Below are positions 19,949-30,987 of a DNA stretch of 64,000 nucleotides, one piece after another. The notes beneath the pieces are model-generated. The model was not told the DNA's origin. It saw only the letters and a list, made by a program, of their open reading frames with translations, and did no database searches. The first letter of the stretch is position 1; each line of letters begins with the position of its first letter. The position numbers were made by a program, and so were the translations under genes. The DNA lies in contig OZ252149.1 of assembly GCA_965248755.1 (NCBI GenBank), positions 1,184,001-1,248,000 of the forward strand, written 5' to 3'. The DNA is from Candidatus Latescibacterota bacterium. GTDB lineage: Bacteria; Latescibacterota; CBDEFO01.

Positions 19949-20485
19949 TCACTGACTTGCAAAAGCCTCAATTACGCTTTCTACTTCTTCCTCCGTGAGT
20001 CCTCCAAGTATAGAGCGCCCATGTCGTATATGTGCCAGCAGAATAGGAAAACTCACCCAGCGAGCGCCGATCTTTGTTGCTACGGGTTGATTCTGATGCG
20101 AAGTATCAGCGCTATACTCGCTCAAAGCCTCCGTGCCAGCTGCGTCCAATGCTACTCCTACAAATCCTTTCCGTTCAAAAGGTGTAGATGAAACGATATT
20201 CTGCTCCGTGAAGATTGGCTGATGCTCTACGAGATATACAGCAGTTCTACCTTGTTCGCCATGAAATGTAACGATTTCCCATCCCAAAGGTGGCTGGCTT
20301 GTCTCATCTCTCATCCGTCTTGCTGGATATACTCCAATAGATGGTTTGCGTATTTCATGGGCATCTTGATCGCTCCGTTCTCCACAGCTCAGAGGGAGTA
20401 GCGCAGCCACGAACAGCGCAAAAGGGATTCTCAACGGCAACTTCGCATCCTCCCTGAATTTCGCAGTCCAGTGCCGTCTCCCCAA
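19949..20485 (-). CDS. Lipoprotein with standalone SecDF P1-head-like domain
   Basis: Lipobox PLSC; V.LD..G...L...S...VA..I...VS.P....I..G...GGLTEEE resembles the SecD head subdomain. Confidence 0.45.
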   Translation of the reverse strand: MGRRHWTAKFREDAKLPLRIPFALFVAALLPLSCGERSDQDAHEIRKPSIGVYPARRMRDETSQPPLGWEIVTFHGEQGRTAVYLVEHQPIFTEQNIVSSTPFERKGFVGVALDAAGTEALSEYSADTSHQNQPVATKIGARWVSFPILLAHIRHGRSILGGLTEEEVESVIEAFASQ

Positions 20486-20493
20486 TAGATATT

Positions 20494-21357
20494 CTAAACC
20501 TTCATCCTGGGATCTAACGCATCTCTCAATCCGTCGCCTAATAGATTAAATCCCATTACGCAGAGCAGTATCGCAAGGCCGGGGAACGTCAATACCCACG
20601 GGGCTTTAAGTATCAACTCTCGTCCCCCGCTCAACATAGCTCCCCATTCGGGCGTCGGCGGCTGTGCGCCCAAGCCCAGAAAGCTCAATCCGGCGGCGTC
20701 GAGTATGGCCGTCGCCATACCGATAGTAGATTGAACTATCAGAGGCGCCACACAGTTGGGGAGGATACTCTTTAATATGATCCTGCTGTCCTTCGCCCCC
20801 AAAGCCCGCGCCGCCTGAACGTATTCCTGTTCCCTTATCGTCAGCACTGAGGCCCTGATCAGCCTTGCGTACTGGGGAATCACCACTATCCCCACAGCTA
20901 TCATAGCGTTGTTTAAGCTCGGACCTATGATCGCCACGATCACTATAGCCAAAAGGATGCTCGGAAAGGCAAGCATCACATCCACAAACCTCATGATCAG
21001 ATTGTCCACGAACCCGCCCCAATATCCGGAGGCCAAGCCCATGGCAGTACCTACGAACAGCGCGATGGCGACGGAGACCAAGCCTATCCTCAGTGAGATC
21101 CTCGCTCCGTAGATAACCCGACTTAGGATGTCCCTCCCAAAATCATCGGTCCCGAAGAGAGATTCCTTAGACGGAGGAGTCAATCTGCTGTAAAGATGCT
21201 GTTGAATAGGGTCATGAGGAGCTATCGCCGGCGCTAAGATAGCTATTAGAAGGAAGAAAAGGAGTATGCCCCCTCCGATTATGGCCAGCCTGTTCCTCTT
21301 GAGTCTCCTCCATCCTTCATAGAGTAGACTCCTTCCTTTAAGACGCTCATTCGACAT
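20494..21357 (-). CDS. dppC: Dipeptide/oligopeptide ABC transporter permease
   Basis: GTDDFGRDILSR..YGAR.SL, EYVQAARALGA, LSFLGLG..PP.PEWG. Confidence 0.93.
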   Translation of the reverse strand: MSNERLKGRSLLYEGWRRLKRNRLAIIGGGILLFFLLIAILAPAIAPHDPIQQHLYSRLTPPSKESLFGTDDFGRDILSRVIYGARISLRIGLVSVAIALFVGTAMGLASGYWGGFVDNLIMRFVDVMLAFPSILLAIVIVAIIGPSLNNAMIAVGIVVIPQYARLIRASVLTIREQEYVQAARALGAKDSRIILKSILPNCVAPLIVQSTIGMATAILDAAGLSFLGLGAQPPTPEWGAMLSGGRELILKAPWVLTFPGLAILLCVMGFNLLGDGLRDALDPRMKV

Positions 21358-21361
21358 ATCG

Positions 21362-22366
21362 TCAGGCGTACTTTATCCTCGGGTCGAGCCATGCATAGAG
21401 GAGATCCACGATAAGGTTGATCAAGACGAACGTGATCGCTATCAATAGGACTCCTCCCTGAACGGCTCTGAAATCCCTCGCCTGAACGGCAAAGAGCAAC
21501 CATCTGCCAACACCCGGCCACGAAAAGATCGTCTCAGTTATTATCGCCCCGCCTAACAAATATCCAAATTCGATGCCCATCACGGTCAGCGTCGGCGTGA
21601 AGCTGTTCTTCATAGCGTGCTTCAGGACTACGATCTTTTCTGAGAGTCCCTTCGCCCAGGCCGTCCTTATGTAGTCCTCGCCCATCACCTCTATCATGCT
21701 CGATCGGGTCATCCTTGCTATCACCGCCATCGGAATCGTCCCAAGGGCGACCGCGGGCAGAAATAGGTGCCACAGGGCATCTTTGAAAGCTCTTATATTT
21801 GCGCCGAGCAGACTATCTATCACGTAAAATCGGGTCACAACATCCAGCTCTACATCTGAACTTAACCTTCCCGACATAGGGAAAAGCCCCAGACTCACCG
21901 AGAAGATGAGTATGAATATCAGCCCCAGCCAGAATATAGGCATAGATATGCCTATCAAAGCGACCATCATCCCGGTGTAATCTAAGATGGTGCCGCGCCT
22001 TACGGCCGACAGCACTCCAGCTGAGATTCCGACTATGGAGGCTAAGATCATGCTTGCAACTGCCAGCTCCACCGTCGCAGGGAATCTGTTTTTAAGTTCC
22101 ACGATCACACGCTCGTGTGTCTTTATAGACCTTCCCAAATCTCCTTGTATTAGTCCGAAGAAGAATCTTCCGAACTGGACGTAAAACGGCTTATCCAGAC
22201 CTAACTCAGCTCTGAGCTCCGCCAGGCTTTCCGCGCTCGCTCGTTCTCCCAGCATCACCTGAGCGGGATCGCCCGGCACGAGGTGGATCATTAAAAATAC
22301 CACAACAGATATACCCAACAGCGTCGGGATCAACAGAGCCAAGCGCTTCAGGATGAACGATCTCAT
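21362..22366 (-). CDS. dppB: Dipeptide/oligopeptide ABC transporter permease
   Basis: PGDPA, GDLG.S, DYIRTA.AKGL, ETIFSWPG.G. Confidence 0.93.
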   Translation of the reverse strand: MRSFILKRLALLIPTLLGISVVVFLMIHLVPGDPAQVMLGERASAESLAELRAELGLDKPFYVQFGRFFFGLIQGDLGRSIKTHERVIVELKNRFPATVELAVASMILASIVGISAGVLSAVRRGTILDYTGMMVALIGISMPIFWLGLIFILIFSVSLGLFPMSGRLSSDVELDVVTRFYVIDSLLGANIRAFKDALWHLFLPAVALGTIPMAVIARMTRSSMIEVMGEDYIRTAWAKGLSEKIVVLKHAMKNSFTPTLTVMGIEFGYLLGGAIITETIFSWPGVGRWLLFAVQARDFRAVQGGVLLIAITFVLINLIVDLLYAWLDPRIKYA

Positions 22367-22370
22367 TGCC

Positions 22371-23957
22371 TTAATTGACAATCTCGACGTTCTTAAATAT
22401 CTTACTCCCCGTCGGATGGAGCTTGAACCCTACCACAGACTTCTTAAACACCGCCATCTGGGTCGAATGGACTAAGGGGACCCAGGGCGCATCACTGTGT
22501 ACGATCTCCTGCGCCTTTCTGTAAAGCTCCGCCCTTTTTGCTCTATCGGTGATCCTCCTCGCTTCGACCAGAACCTCGTGGAGTTCCTCGCTCCTGTAGA
22601 ATGCGATGTTCTGAGCCGGTTTAACCGCGGCGTTTTTGTCCAAAAGGACGTAGAGGAAATTGTCGGGGTCGCCGTTGTCTCCCGTCCATCCCAAAAGGGC
22701 CATCTGATGGTTGCCGTTCTCCACCTTATCTAAATAGGTCCCCCATTCATATCTCAAGACATCGGCTTCGATCCCCACAGCCCTTAAGTCCGCCTGAATC
22801 GCCTCGGCTATCTTCTCTGGCTGGGGCATGTAGGGTCTCGGAACAGGCATAGCCCAGAGTTCGGTCTTAAACCCGTTGGGGAATCCGGCTTCGGCGAGGA
22901 GCTTTTTTGCCATATCAGGATCGTAAACGTAATCTTCGATCTCATCGTTGTAGCCCCACATAGCCGGAGGAGGAGGAATGGGATTTTTAGCCGGGATAGC
23001 CAGCCCCTGATACAGATTGTCTACCAGGGATTTCTTGTTTATGGCGTGATTTATCGCTATTCGGACTCTCCTGTCGTTGAAGGGCTCCATCTCCATATTC
23101 ATCGCAAGGTAGCCGACGTTCATGCCCAATTGAGTCAAAAGCTTCAGATTGTCATCCGATTTAATGTCATCGACAAAATCGGGGATAACATTGTCCATCC
23201 CGTCGATAGAGCCGGTCTTGAGTTCTAAGAACCGCACGGAGTTTTCGAGGATTGATTTGAAGATGAGCTTTACCAATTTCGGAGGACCGCCCCAATAGTC
23301 GGGATTCCTCTCCATCACTATCCTCTCATCCTTGATCCACTCGACAAACTTGAAGGGTCCGGTGCCCACAGGGTGCTTGAAATAGTCGTTTACCCACTTT
23401 CTTACAGCGGCAGGGCTGACAATGGCGCAAAAGTTCATCGCCAGATTCGGCAGAAACGTTGCGTTCTGCTGTGAAAGTTGGATGACCACCGTAGAATCGT
23501 CCGTAGCGTAGATATCCTTGATGATGTCATCCATCCCCATGGACTTCCAATATTTATATGTCCCCTCTACTTTGTGAAAAGGATGGTCCTTGAAGAACTG
23601 ACGTCCTAAGGAAAAGACAACAGCATCCGCATTAAAGTTAGTTCCGTCGTGGAATTTGACTCCACTTCTGAGGTGAAATGTCCACTTTAGCTCATCACCC
23701 GAAACGTGCCACGATCTTGCAAGCCCCGGCTCGATCTCTGTCGTCTCGTCCTTATATTGAACCAGATTGTCGTATATATTGTCGCATACTTTTAAAGATT
23801 CTCCGTCGTCCTCCAAAGCCGGGTCCAAGCCTACCGAATCGCCTCCTCTCCCGAACACAAGGACAGCCGAGGCATCCGAAGAACTCTTGTCCAACGTATC
23901 GCCGCATCCGCTGATCAAAAGGAAAAGCAGTAGTAGAGCCAAGAATCTTGCTGACAC
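22371..23957 (-). CDS. dppA: Dipeptide ABC transporter substrate-binding lipoprotein
   Basis: Lipobox ISGC; SBP family 5 motifs LRSGVKFHDG, GTGPF, GWTGDNGDPDNF. Confidence 0.92.
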   Translation of the reverse strand: MSARFLALLLLFLLISGCGDTLDKSSSDASAVLVFGRGGDSVGLDPALEDDGESLKVCDNIYDNLVQYKDETTEIEPGLARSWHVSGDELKWTFHLRSGVKFHDGTNFNADAVVFSLGRQFFKDHPFHKVEGTYKYWKSMGMDDIIKDIYATDDSTVVIQLSQQNATFLPNLAMNFCAIVSPAAVRKWVNDYFKHPVGTGPFKFVEWIKDERIVMERNPDYWGGPPKLVKLIFKSILENSVRFLELKTGSIDGMDNVIPDFVDDIKSDDNLKLLTQLGMNVGYLAMNMEMEPFNDRRVRIAINHAINKKSLVDNLYQGLAIPAKNPIPPPPAMWGYNDEIEDYVYDPDMAKKLLAEAGFPNGFKTELWAMPVPRPYMPQPEKIAEAIQADLRAVGIEADVLRYEWGTYLDKVENGNHQMALLGWTGDNGDPDNFLYVLLDKNAAVKPAQNIAFYRSEELHEVLVEARRITDRAKRAELYRKAQEIVHSDAPWVPLVHSTQMAVFKKSVVGFKLHPTGSKIFKNVEIVN

Positions 23958-24287
23958 GTAACCTCCATTTGCCTTTATCTATAATAAGCTTTTGTCATTG
24001 GAATTGCAAGGATAAAATATGGATCGGATATTCAGCTTGACAATCGCCCCGCTTTTAGCTATTAATTGATTACCTACTATCTAAAAAGAGGATCAGACGT
24101 TGAGACCCGAAGGGCAAAATTGGCTTGAACAATCGGAGATAGATCTGGATACTCTCCGAGATCTGAAGGAGAGCGGGCATCTGTCCGCAGCGGCGTTCTA
24201 TTCGCATCAGGCCGCAGAAAAGGCTCTCAAAGGAGCTATTATCGAGATCGAACGAGAGATGCCGCCTAAAACGCATAATCTGATAGA

Positions 24288-25383
24288 TCTATTGCACAAT
24301 AAGAATGCGTTTTGAAAAGTTATTGTAAAACAAGAGCTTGGGAGAGATTTCAAAATAGTCCAATATTGTGCTTCAAGTTTTTGATTTCTTTTGGCTTATA
24401 AGAAATCCATCTACTATTATGCAATACGTCTAATCTTTATCTTCCTTCAATTCATATATTTGCTATCTGTGCTTGCTGGGTGGTACCCGCAGCGACAGCT
24501 TGTCCTACCTATTAAACCGTGATTCTTCCCGTTCACAAACCTCTGCAGTGTGGAACTCACATCACAACCAAAAAGCTAGGAGGAATGAATATGAAGATCG
24601 AACAAACAACTTCATCCGCACTTACAGAACTCTGGGCAGACGTGGAACCATGTGTACAGCAATCGAAGTGTCTGGAGGAAGCCGCCCAAGAGTTGGCCAC
24701 TGCGCTGCATACGCAGTTCGATGAGTCAGTTGTAATCACCCGAGTCTTTCTGACTGTTCCTTTCAATGTCCTGCCGCTGACAAACAAGGAATTTGTTGGG
24801 AAACTGGCTGAGTCGGCCGGGGTAGTATCCGAGTTGAAGACGACCACCCCTGTGCTCTCGCTTATCGGGACCCATGGCCAGGAGGAGGACTGGTGTGACC
24901 GCCGTAAGTCGAAAGGTCATGTGGGGATTCCGTTGATTTCCTCGTCCTTCGTCGGCGCTATTCCGATGATCTCCCGTCTGATCAGAGAACTTGGTATACC
25001 TCTGGACTGGGTTGACAGCCACGATGAAGAAATCATAATAGAAACTATAGGAAGTTCGGTGGGTTTGTTTTTCGTAGAAAACGCTGCCGAAACCGCAGAT
25101 CACGAGGGTAGGAAGATAATTGCGGCACAAGACTTTGTTTCCGACTATAACGTAAAAAGCGTTTTTGGCACTGGAGGAGCGTATTCTAGCGGTCAGATGA
25201 TTGTCATCGTTGTATTCTGCCGTGATGTCTTTTCACGAGCCACTGCCGAGCATTTCCTTGCACTAGCGAACTTGTTCCAGAGCAAGACGGCCTCCCTCGT
25301 TGAAACCAAGAAAATTTTCTCCGATGGGTAGAGGGTCAATCTCTACAAGCTGGATGTGATATTTGTGCATTTTGTCCAATAGA
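24288..25383. mobile_element. Non-autonomous inserted cassette with 12-bp terminal inverted repeats
   Basis: Ends TCTATTGCACAA / TTGTCCAATAGA (1 mismatch); removal restores the HEPN frame; no transposase. Confidence 0.75.
24591..25331 (+). CDS. Hypothetical protein (possibly GAF-like), passenger of the cassette
   Basis: AGGAGG RBS; conserved-looking LSLIGT.G....W.DR..S.GH..IPL and PMISRL..ELG. Confidence 0.75.
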   Translation: MKIEQTTSSALTELWADVEPCVQQSKCLEEAAQELATALHTQFDESVVITRVFLTVPFNVLPLTNKEFVGKLAESAGVVSELKTTTPVLSLIGTHGQEEDWCDRRKSKGHVGIPLISSSFVGAIPMISRLIRELGIPLDWVDSHDEEIIIETIGSSVGLFFVENAAETADHEGRKIIAAQDFVSDYNVKSVFGTGGAYSSGQMIVIVVFCRDVFSRATAEHFLALANLFQSKTASLVETKKIFSDG

Positions 25384-25551
25384 ATTAGGGAAAACCCTTG
25401 AAGCTCCGGAGAATATCCTCTCCTCTTTAAGGCTGTTGAACCCTGAGTATTCTGTCTCCCGATATCCAGATGCAGCAAACGGAATGCCCGAACAAAATTA
25501 CGATACAGCTAAGATAGGAACGTTGGTAGAAGCTTCCGAGAAGGTAAAAGC

Positions 25552-25920
25552 ATGGGTTCATACACTGTTGAAAAAGGCAGGGTCGGAATAGATTGGAAAG
25601 CCCTAAAGAGCTTTGTGAAGCGACTTAGCGCGGAGTACCCCCTTCAGAGGGCAATTATCTTCGGATCGCGCGCAAGGGGCGATGAACTTATAGGTAGCGA
25701 CTACGATCTTATACTCGTCTCACCCTCCTTCCAAAACATACAGTTTACTCAAAGGTCGGCTGAGGTCAGCAGATACTGGAATCTTCCTGAAAAGCTGGAA
25801 GTTTTATGCTATGCTCCCGAAGAGTACGGACGGAAAGCCGAGCAGATAAACATAGTCTGCCAAGCCGAAAAAGAGGGTATTGAGATTCGAGTAGAAAGTT
25901 CAACCGCAGTCCCCAGATAG
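25552..25920 (+). CDS. Minimal nucleotidyltransferase (MNT antitoxin)
   Basis: IIFGSRARGD....SDYDL; overlaps the HEPN 3' end. Confidence 0.9.
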   Translation: MGSYTVEKGRVGIDWKALKSFVKRLSAEYPLQRAIIFGSRARGDELIGSDYDLILVSPSFQNIQFTQRSAEVSRYWNLPEKLEVLCYAPEEYGRKAEQINIVCQAEKEGIEIRVESSTAVPR

Positions 25921-25971
25921 ACTTCTATTCTCGGCAGCTGCGGTAATTCTTATAAGAGATTATACCAGAAC

Positions 25972-26934
25972 TCACGCCCACCACATGGGCCCCGGTGTCT
26001 CCTTGAGGAGGACCTCATGAAGGAACGTCACCGCCTTCATCAAACCTTCGTTGACGGACATCAAGCTGTCCTCGTGTTCGATTGAGATCACATAGTCGTA
26101 GCCGACCATCCTGAGGGTGCTCACAAAGTCGTTCCAGAACTCGTATCCGTGGCCGTATCCCACGGTCCTGAATATCCACGACCTGTTGATCTCATCTCCA
26201 TAGGGTTTAGTATCCAACACGCCGTTGACCGATGAGTTAGCCTCGTAGACCATACAGTCCTTAGCGTGCACGTGGAATATCGCCTCTCCTAATTCTCTTA
26301 TGCACGCGATGGGGTCCATCCCCTGCCAGAACAGGTGGCTTGGATCGAAGTTGGCACCGATATTATCTCCACACTCGTCCCTGAGCTTCAAGAGCGTCTC
26401 TGAGTTGTAGACCACAAAGCCCGGATGCATCTCTATACAGAACTTGGCGCCGTGATCTGAAAGTATCCTCGATCCCTCTTTCCAGTACGGTATGACCTTT
26501 TCCTCCCACTGCCAGTTTACGATCTCTGTAAAATCCGGTGGCCAGGGACAGGTCACCCAATTGGGGTACTTGGCGTCGTCCGAATCTCCCGGACATCCGG
26601 AAAATCCGTTAATCCTATCGATTCCGAGCTTTTCGGATAACTGACAGGTCTTCACAAAGGAATCGTGGTGCTCTTTGGCTATCGCCTCGTTCGGATGGAT
26701 CGGATTTCCGTGACAGGAAAGCGCGCTGATCTCAAATCCACTGTCCTGGATTGTCTTCTTGAACGTATTGAGCTTGTCTTGGTTCCCTAAAAGCTCATCC
26801 GGGTCGCAGTGCGGACTTCCCCCATAACCGCCAGTTCCTAATTCGACCACGCTCAGACCCGCTTTAGATAGATAGTCCAGAGTCTCTTCTAGCGACCATT
26901 CTCCGAACAGTGCGGTTAAGACACCGAGTTTCAT
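25972..26934 (-). CDS. Sugar phosphate isomerase/epimerase (xylose isomerase-like TIM barrel)
   Basis: LSCHGNP.HP, IEMHPG, NFDPSHLFWQG, HVHAKD, SIEHED. Confidence 0.9.
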   Translation of the reverse strand: MKLGVLTALFGEWSLEETLDYLSKAGLSVVELGTGGYGGSPHCDPDELLGNQDKLNTFKKTIQDSGFEISALSCHGNPIHPNEAIAKEHHDSFVKTCQLSEKLGIDRINGFSGCPGDSDDAKYPNWVTCPWPPDFTEIVNWQWEEKVIPYWKEGSRILSDHGAKFCIEMHPGFVVYNSETLLKLRDECGDNIGANFDPSHLFWQGMDPIACIRELGEAIFHVHAKDCMVYEANSSVNGVLDTKPYGDEINRSWIFRTVGYGHGYEFWNDFVSTLRMVGYDYVISIEHEDSLMSVNEGLMKAVTFLHEVLLKETPGPMWWA

Positions 26935-27007
26935 TTGACAATCCTCGTTTGCTGTGCGATAAAGAATTTAGTGCCGATATTGCCTGCCCAGAAGATGGAC
27001 ATACACT

Positions 27008-28168
<1,161 letters not shown>

Positions 28169-28211
28169 CGTCTTGCTCTCTTTCTTGGCCTTAGCCTATG
28201 CATTGGCCGTC

Positions 28212-28424
28212 TTATATTACAATTACCTTCATAATCTTGACATCCGCTTTTTCTCCGTCGTAGATGACCTCTACAACTCTGCTGGACTTATGCGCCTCTC
28301 TCAGCACTTCCCCCCACTCTCCGATGTTGCCCCAATGCAAGGATTCGCCATTGATGTTGATCTCGGATATCTCTTTGGGATTGTGATAGACAATAAATCT
28401 TATCTTACCTTTTACTGTTTCCAT
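28212..28424 (-). CDS. Small hypothetical protein
   Basis: 70 aa with GGAGG RBS, co-oriented within the gene run. Confidence 0.5.
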   Translation of the reverse strand: METVKGKIRFIVYHNPKEISEININGESLHWGNIGEWGEVLREAHKSSRVVEVIYDGEKADVKIMKVIVI

Positions 28425-28552
28425 GTTCCTCCCTGTGTATCATTGTCCTCTTCTTGGGAGTTCTTATATTCCCTTTGGGGTGTTACTTTGGCTCTCCTTA
28501 CCTTTTCTTGTCATGTCATTGTCAGCATTTCACCGCTGGAGCGGTATTGCTT

Positions 28553-29323
28553 TTACTCCAACAATTTTTCCCTCTTCAAGTCGAGGTCAAAGACTCTCAA
28601 AAATCGTCCTGCGGATTCACCTATCAGTTCTAAAATGCCGTCGTCGTCTACGTCCAGCATGCCGAGCCTATCGCCGAACGGCTCTCTGTATCGCCACTCG
28701 AAATCCCGAAATCTAGCGTCCAGGACAAAACCTGTATTTAAGACTATCTCATCTTGGCCGTCTGCATCAAAATCGGCTATTACCATATCTTCTGCTGTGT
28801 ATTCCTCATCGCTCCTCCACTCTTCGAAGTGATCCTTACCATCGTATATGTAAAGGTGGGAATCCGCTATGAAGATAAATTCTTTCTGATCGTCGTCGTC
28901 AACGTTGTATATCTCCATACAGGTTATCGATTCAAATTTGGTCTGTATAGACTGCCAGATGAGCCTGTGTGTCCTCGGGTCCCAGAAATATATCCTGCCT
29001 GTGTTGGTATAGACAACTATCTCCAATTGACCATCAAGGTCCATATCTTCCACGAACACTTCGCCGATTGCTCCTCCTAATTCTCTGCTTTTCCATTCCT
29101 CCAGATAGCCCCTCTTTTGCCGCTTGAGTATGTGAATGATGCCTCTGTTATCCCCATAGACTATCCTTTCCTTGTCGGACTTGTCATCGGGAGGGAGGAT
29201 CTTTATAGCATCGAACTCGTCGGCCGATCCCTGTAATATCTCCTCTGCAACTGACTGATCGGAGGGAAAGACCAAAGACCCATAAAGTAGCACAAATGTC
29301 AGGCATAGTCTTATCATAGACAA
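28553..29323 (-). CDS. Exported FG-GAP/VCBS-like repeat protein
   Basis: Signal peptide; repeated D.D.DG..EI motifs. Confidence 0.75.
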   Translation of the reverse strand: MSMIRLCLTFVLLYGSLVFPSDQSVAEEILQGSADEFDAIKILPPDDKSDKERIVYGDNRGIIHILKRQKRGYLEEWKSRELGGAIGEVFVEDMDLDGQLEIVVYTNTGRIYFWDPRTHRLIWQSIQTKFESITCMEIYNVDDDDQKEFIFIADSHLYIYDGKDHFEEWRSDEEYTAEDMVIADFDADGQDEIVLNTGFVLDARFRDFEWRYREPFGDRLGMLDVDDDGILELIGESAGRFLRVFDLDLKREKLLE

Positions 29324-29383
29324 ATAGGTGTTAGGTCATAATAGTCTGGACAAGATTATAGAGATCCACATAGAACGGATAAG

Positions 29384-29446
29384 AACAGACAGGAATGTCT
29401 GTTCTACCAACACATATGAAAGCGTGGGTCAGACATTCCTGTCTGA
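29384..29446. repeat. REP-like inverted doublet
   Basis: ACAGACAGGAATGTCTGT...GTGGGTCAGACATTCCTGTCTGA inverted pair, each unit a hairpin. Confidence 0.65.
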
Positions 29447-29453
29447 TGTCTTA

Positions 29454-30032
29454 TCATAAAACTTGAACATAGATCATGTCCAGGAAGTATCTATGTACCC
29501 TCGTATCATCTGTAAGTTCAGGATGAAACGACGATACCAGGACATTTTTCTGCCTTGCCACAACGCACTCGCAGCCGAGCGTCCCTATGGACTCGGCACC
29601 ATCGCCCAGACTGATTATCCTGGGAGCGCGGATGAAGACCATGTCTATCTCCTGAGACTCAGAGGAAAGATTCACCTTCCCTGTGCTTCTAAAGCTTTCC
29701 CTCTGACGGCCATAGGCATTTCTCTCAACTTTTACGTCTATAAAGCCCAAAGAAAATTGAGAGGGGTTTATAACCTCCTTTGCTACCATTATCAGTCCTG
29801 CGCAGGTTCCAAAGATAGGCTTTCCTCCACTGTGGAAGTCTCCGAGTGCGGGGACAAACGCATACTCCTCTATAAGCTTTAAGAGAGTTGTGCTCTCTCC
29901 GCCGGGGATGATAAGTCCTTCGACTTTTGACAAGTCCTGGGGTCTCTTAACTATACAGGGATCTTCCCCGAGCCGCGTCAACATCCCTTTGTGAGCGTCA
30001 AAATCCCCCTGAAGCCCCAAAATGCCTATCAT
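29454..30032 (-). CDS. pdxT: Pyridoxal 5'-phosphate synthase glutaminase subunit
   Basis: LGLQGDF, IPGGEST, FGTCAG, FIRAP, FHPEL. Confidence 0.97.
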   Translation of the reverse strand: MIGILGLQGDFDAHKGMLTRLGEDPCIVKRPQDLSKVEGLIIPGGESTTLLKLIEEYAFVPALGDFHSGGKPIFGTCAGLIMVAKEVINPSQFSLGFIDVKVERNAYGRQRESFRSTGKVNLSSESQEIDMVFIRAPRIISLGDGAESIGTLGCECVVARQKNVLVSSFHPELTDDTRVHRYFLDMIYVQVL

Positions 30033-30034
30033 CT

Positions 30035-30925
30035 TCAGACCCCTCTGCTTTGGAACAGTTCCTCCGCTGACAACGAGGCTATCTCTATCCCGACCATAGC
30101 CTCTCCTAAATATTCGGAGATTCTAACTAAGACTTCAGGATCGTCGTAGTGGGTTACTGCTTCCACTATGGCCTTTGCTCTCAGCGGGGGATCTTCGGAC
30201 TTGAATACCCCTGATCCCACAAAGACGGATTCTGCTCCTAACTGCATCATAAGGGAAGCGTCGGCGGGAGTGGCAACTCCGCCCGCTGCGAAGTTCGGAA
30301 CGGGGAGCTTGCCCGCTTCCGCCACCATCTTGACCAGAGAGTAAGGCGCTCCCAACTCCTTTGACTCTGTCATCAACTCCTCTGTCCTCATAGAAGTTAG
30401 TTTGGAGATATGTCCCATAACCTTGCGCATATGGCGGACGGCTTCCACGATGTTTCCTGAACCTGCTTCCCCCTTGGTCCGTATCAGCGCTGCTCCCTCA
30501 CCTATTCTCCTCAGCGCCTCTCCCAGGTCCCTTGCCCCGCAGACGAAGGGGACATTGAAGGCGAACTTATCTACGTGAAAGTTCTCATCGGCGGGAGTTA
30601 AGACTTCGCTTTCGTCTATGAAGTCAACTCCCAGCGCCTCTAATATCTGCGCCTCCACAAAGTGACCTATTCTGACCTTAGCCATCACAGGGATAGAGAC
30701 AATGTCCATAATCTCCCTGATCTTGCTGATATTTGCCATCCTTGCTACTCCGCCTTCTGATCTGATGTCGGCGGGTACCCTTTCCAGTGCCATAACAGAT
30801 ACAGCCCCAGCGTCCTCGGCTATTTTTGCCTGTTCAGCATTAGTCACATCCATTATCACACCGCCCTTCAACATCTCCGCCAAGCCCACTTTCAGTTTTA
30901 ACGTTCCTGTTTCCATTTGCGACAC
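30035..30925 (-). CDS. pdxS: Pyridoxal 5'-phosphate synthase lyase subunit
   Basis: [37 protein letters not shown]. Confidence 0.98.
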   Translation of the reverse strand: MSQMETGTLKLKVGLAEMLKGGVIMDVTNAEQAKIAEDAGAVSVMALERVPADIRSEGGVARMANISKIREIMDIVSIPVMAKVRIGHFVEAQILEALGVDFIDESEVLTPADENFHVDKFAFNVPFVCGARDLGEALRRIGEGAALIRTKGEAGSGNIVEAVRHMRKVMGHISKLTSMRTEELMTESKELGAPYSLVKMVAEAGKLPVPNFAAGGVATPADASLMMQLGAESVFVGSGVFKSEDPPLRAKAIVEAVTHYDDPEVLVRISEYLGEAMVGIEIASLSAEELFQSRGV

Positions 30926-30987
30926 CTCTTAGAAGAGTAGACAGTAGACACCAGCTCTTCTCCCTATATGCTGTTACCGTTTGCTGC

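Larger units (their letters stand above)
24100..25591 (+). pseudogene. HEPN domain protein interrupted by a 1096-bp insertion
   Basis: N-half HQAAEKALK...PPKTHNLI (24100-24287); C-half ELG...LNPEYSVSRYPDAANGMP..Y...W (from 25384); the halves rejoin in frame. Confidence 0.85.
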
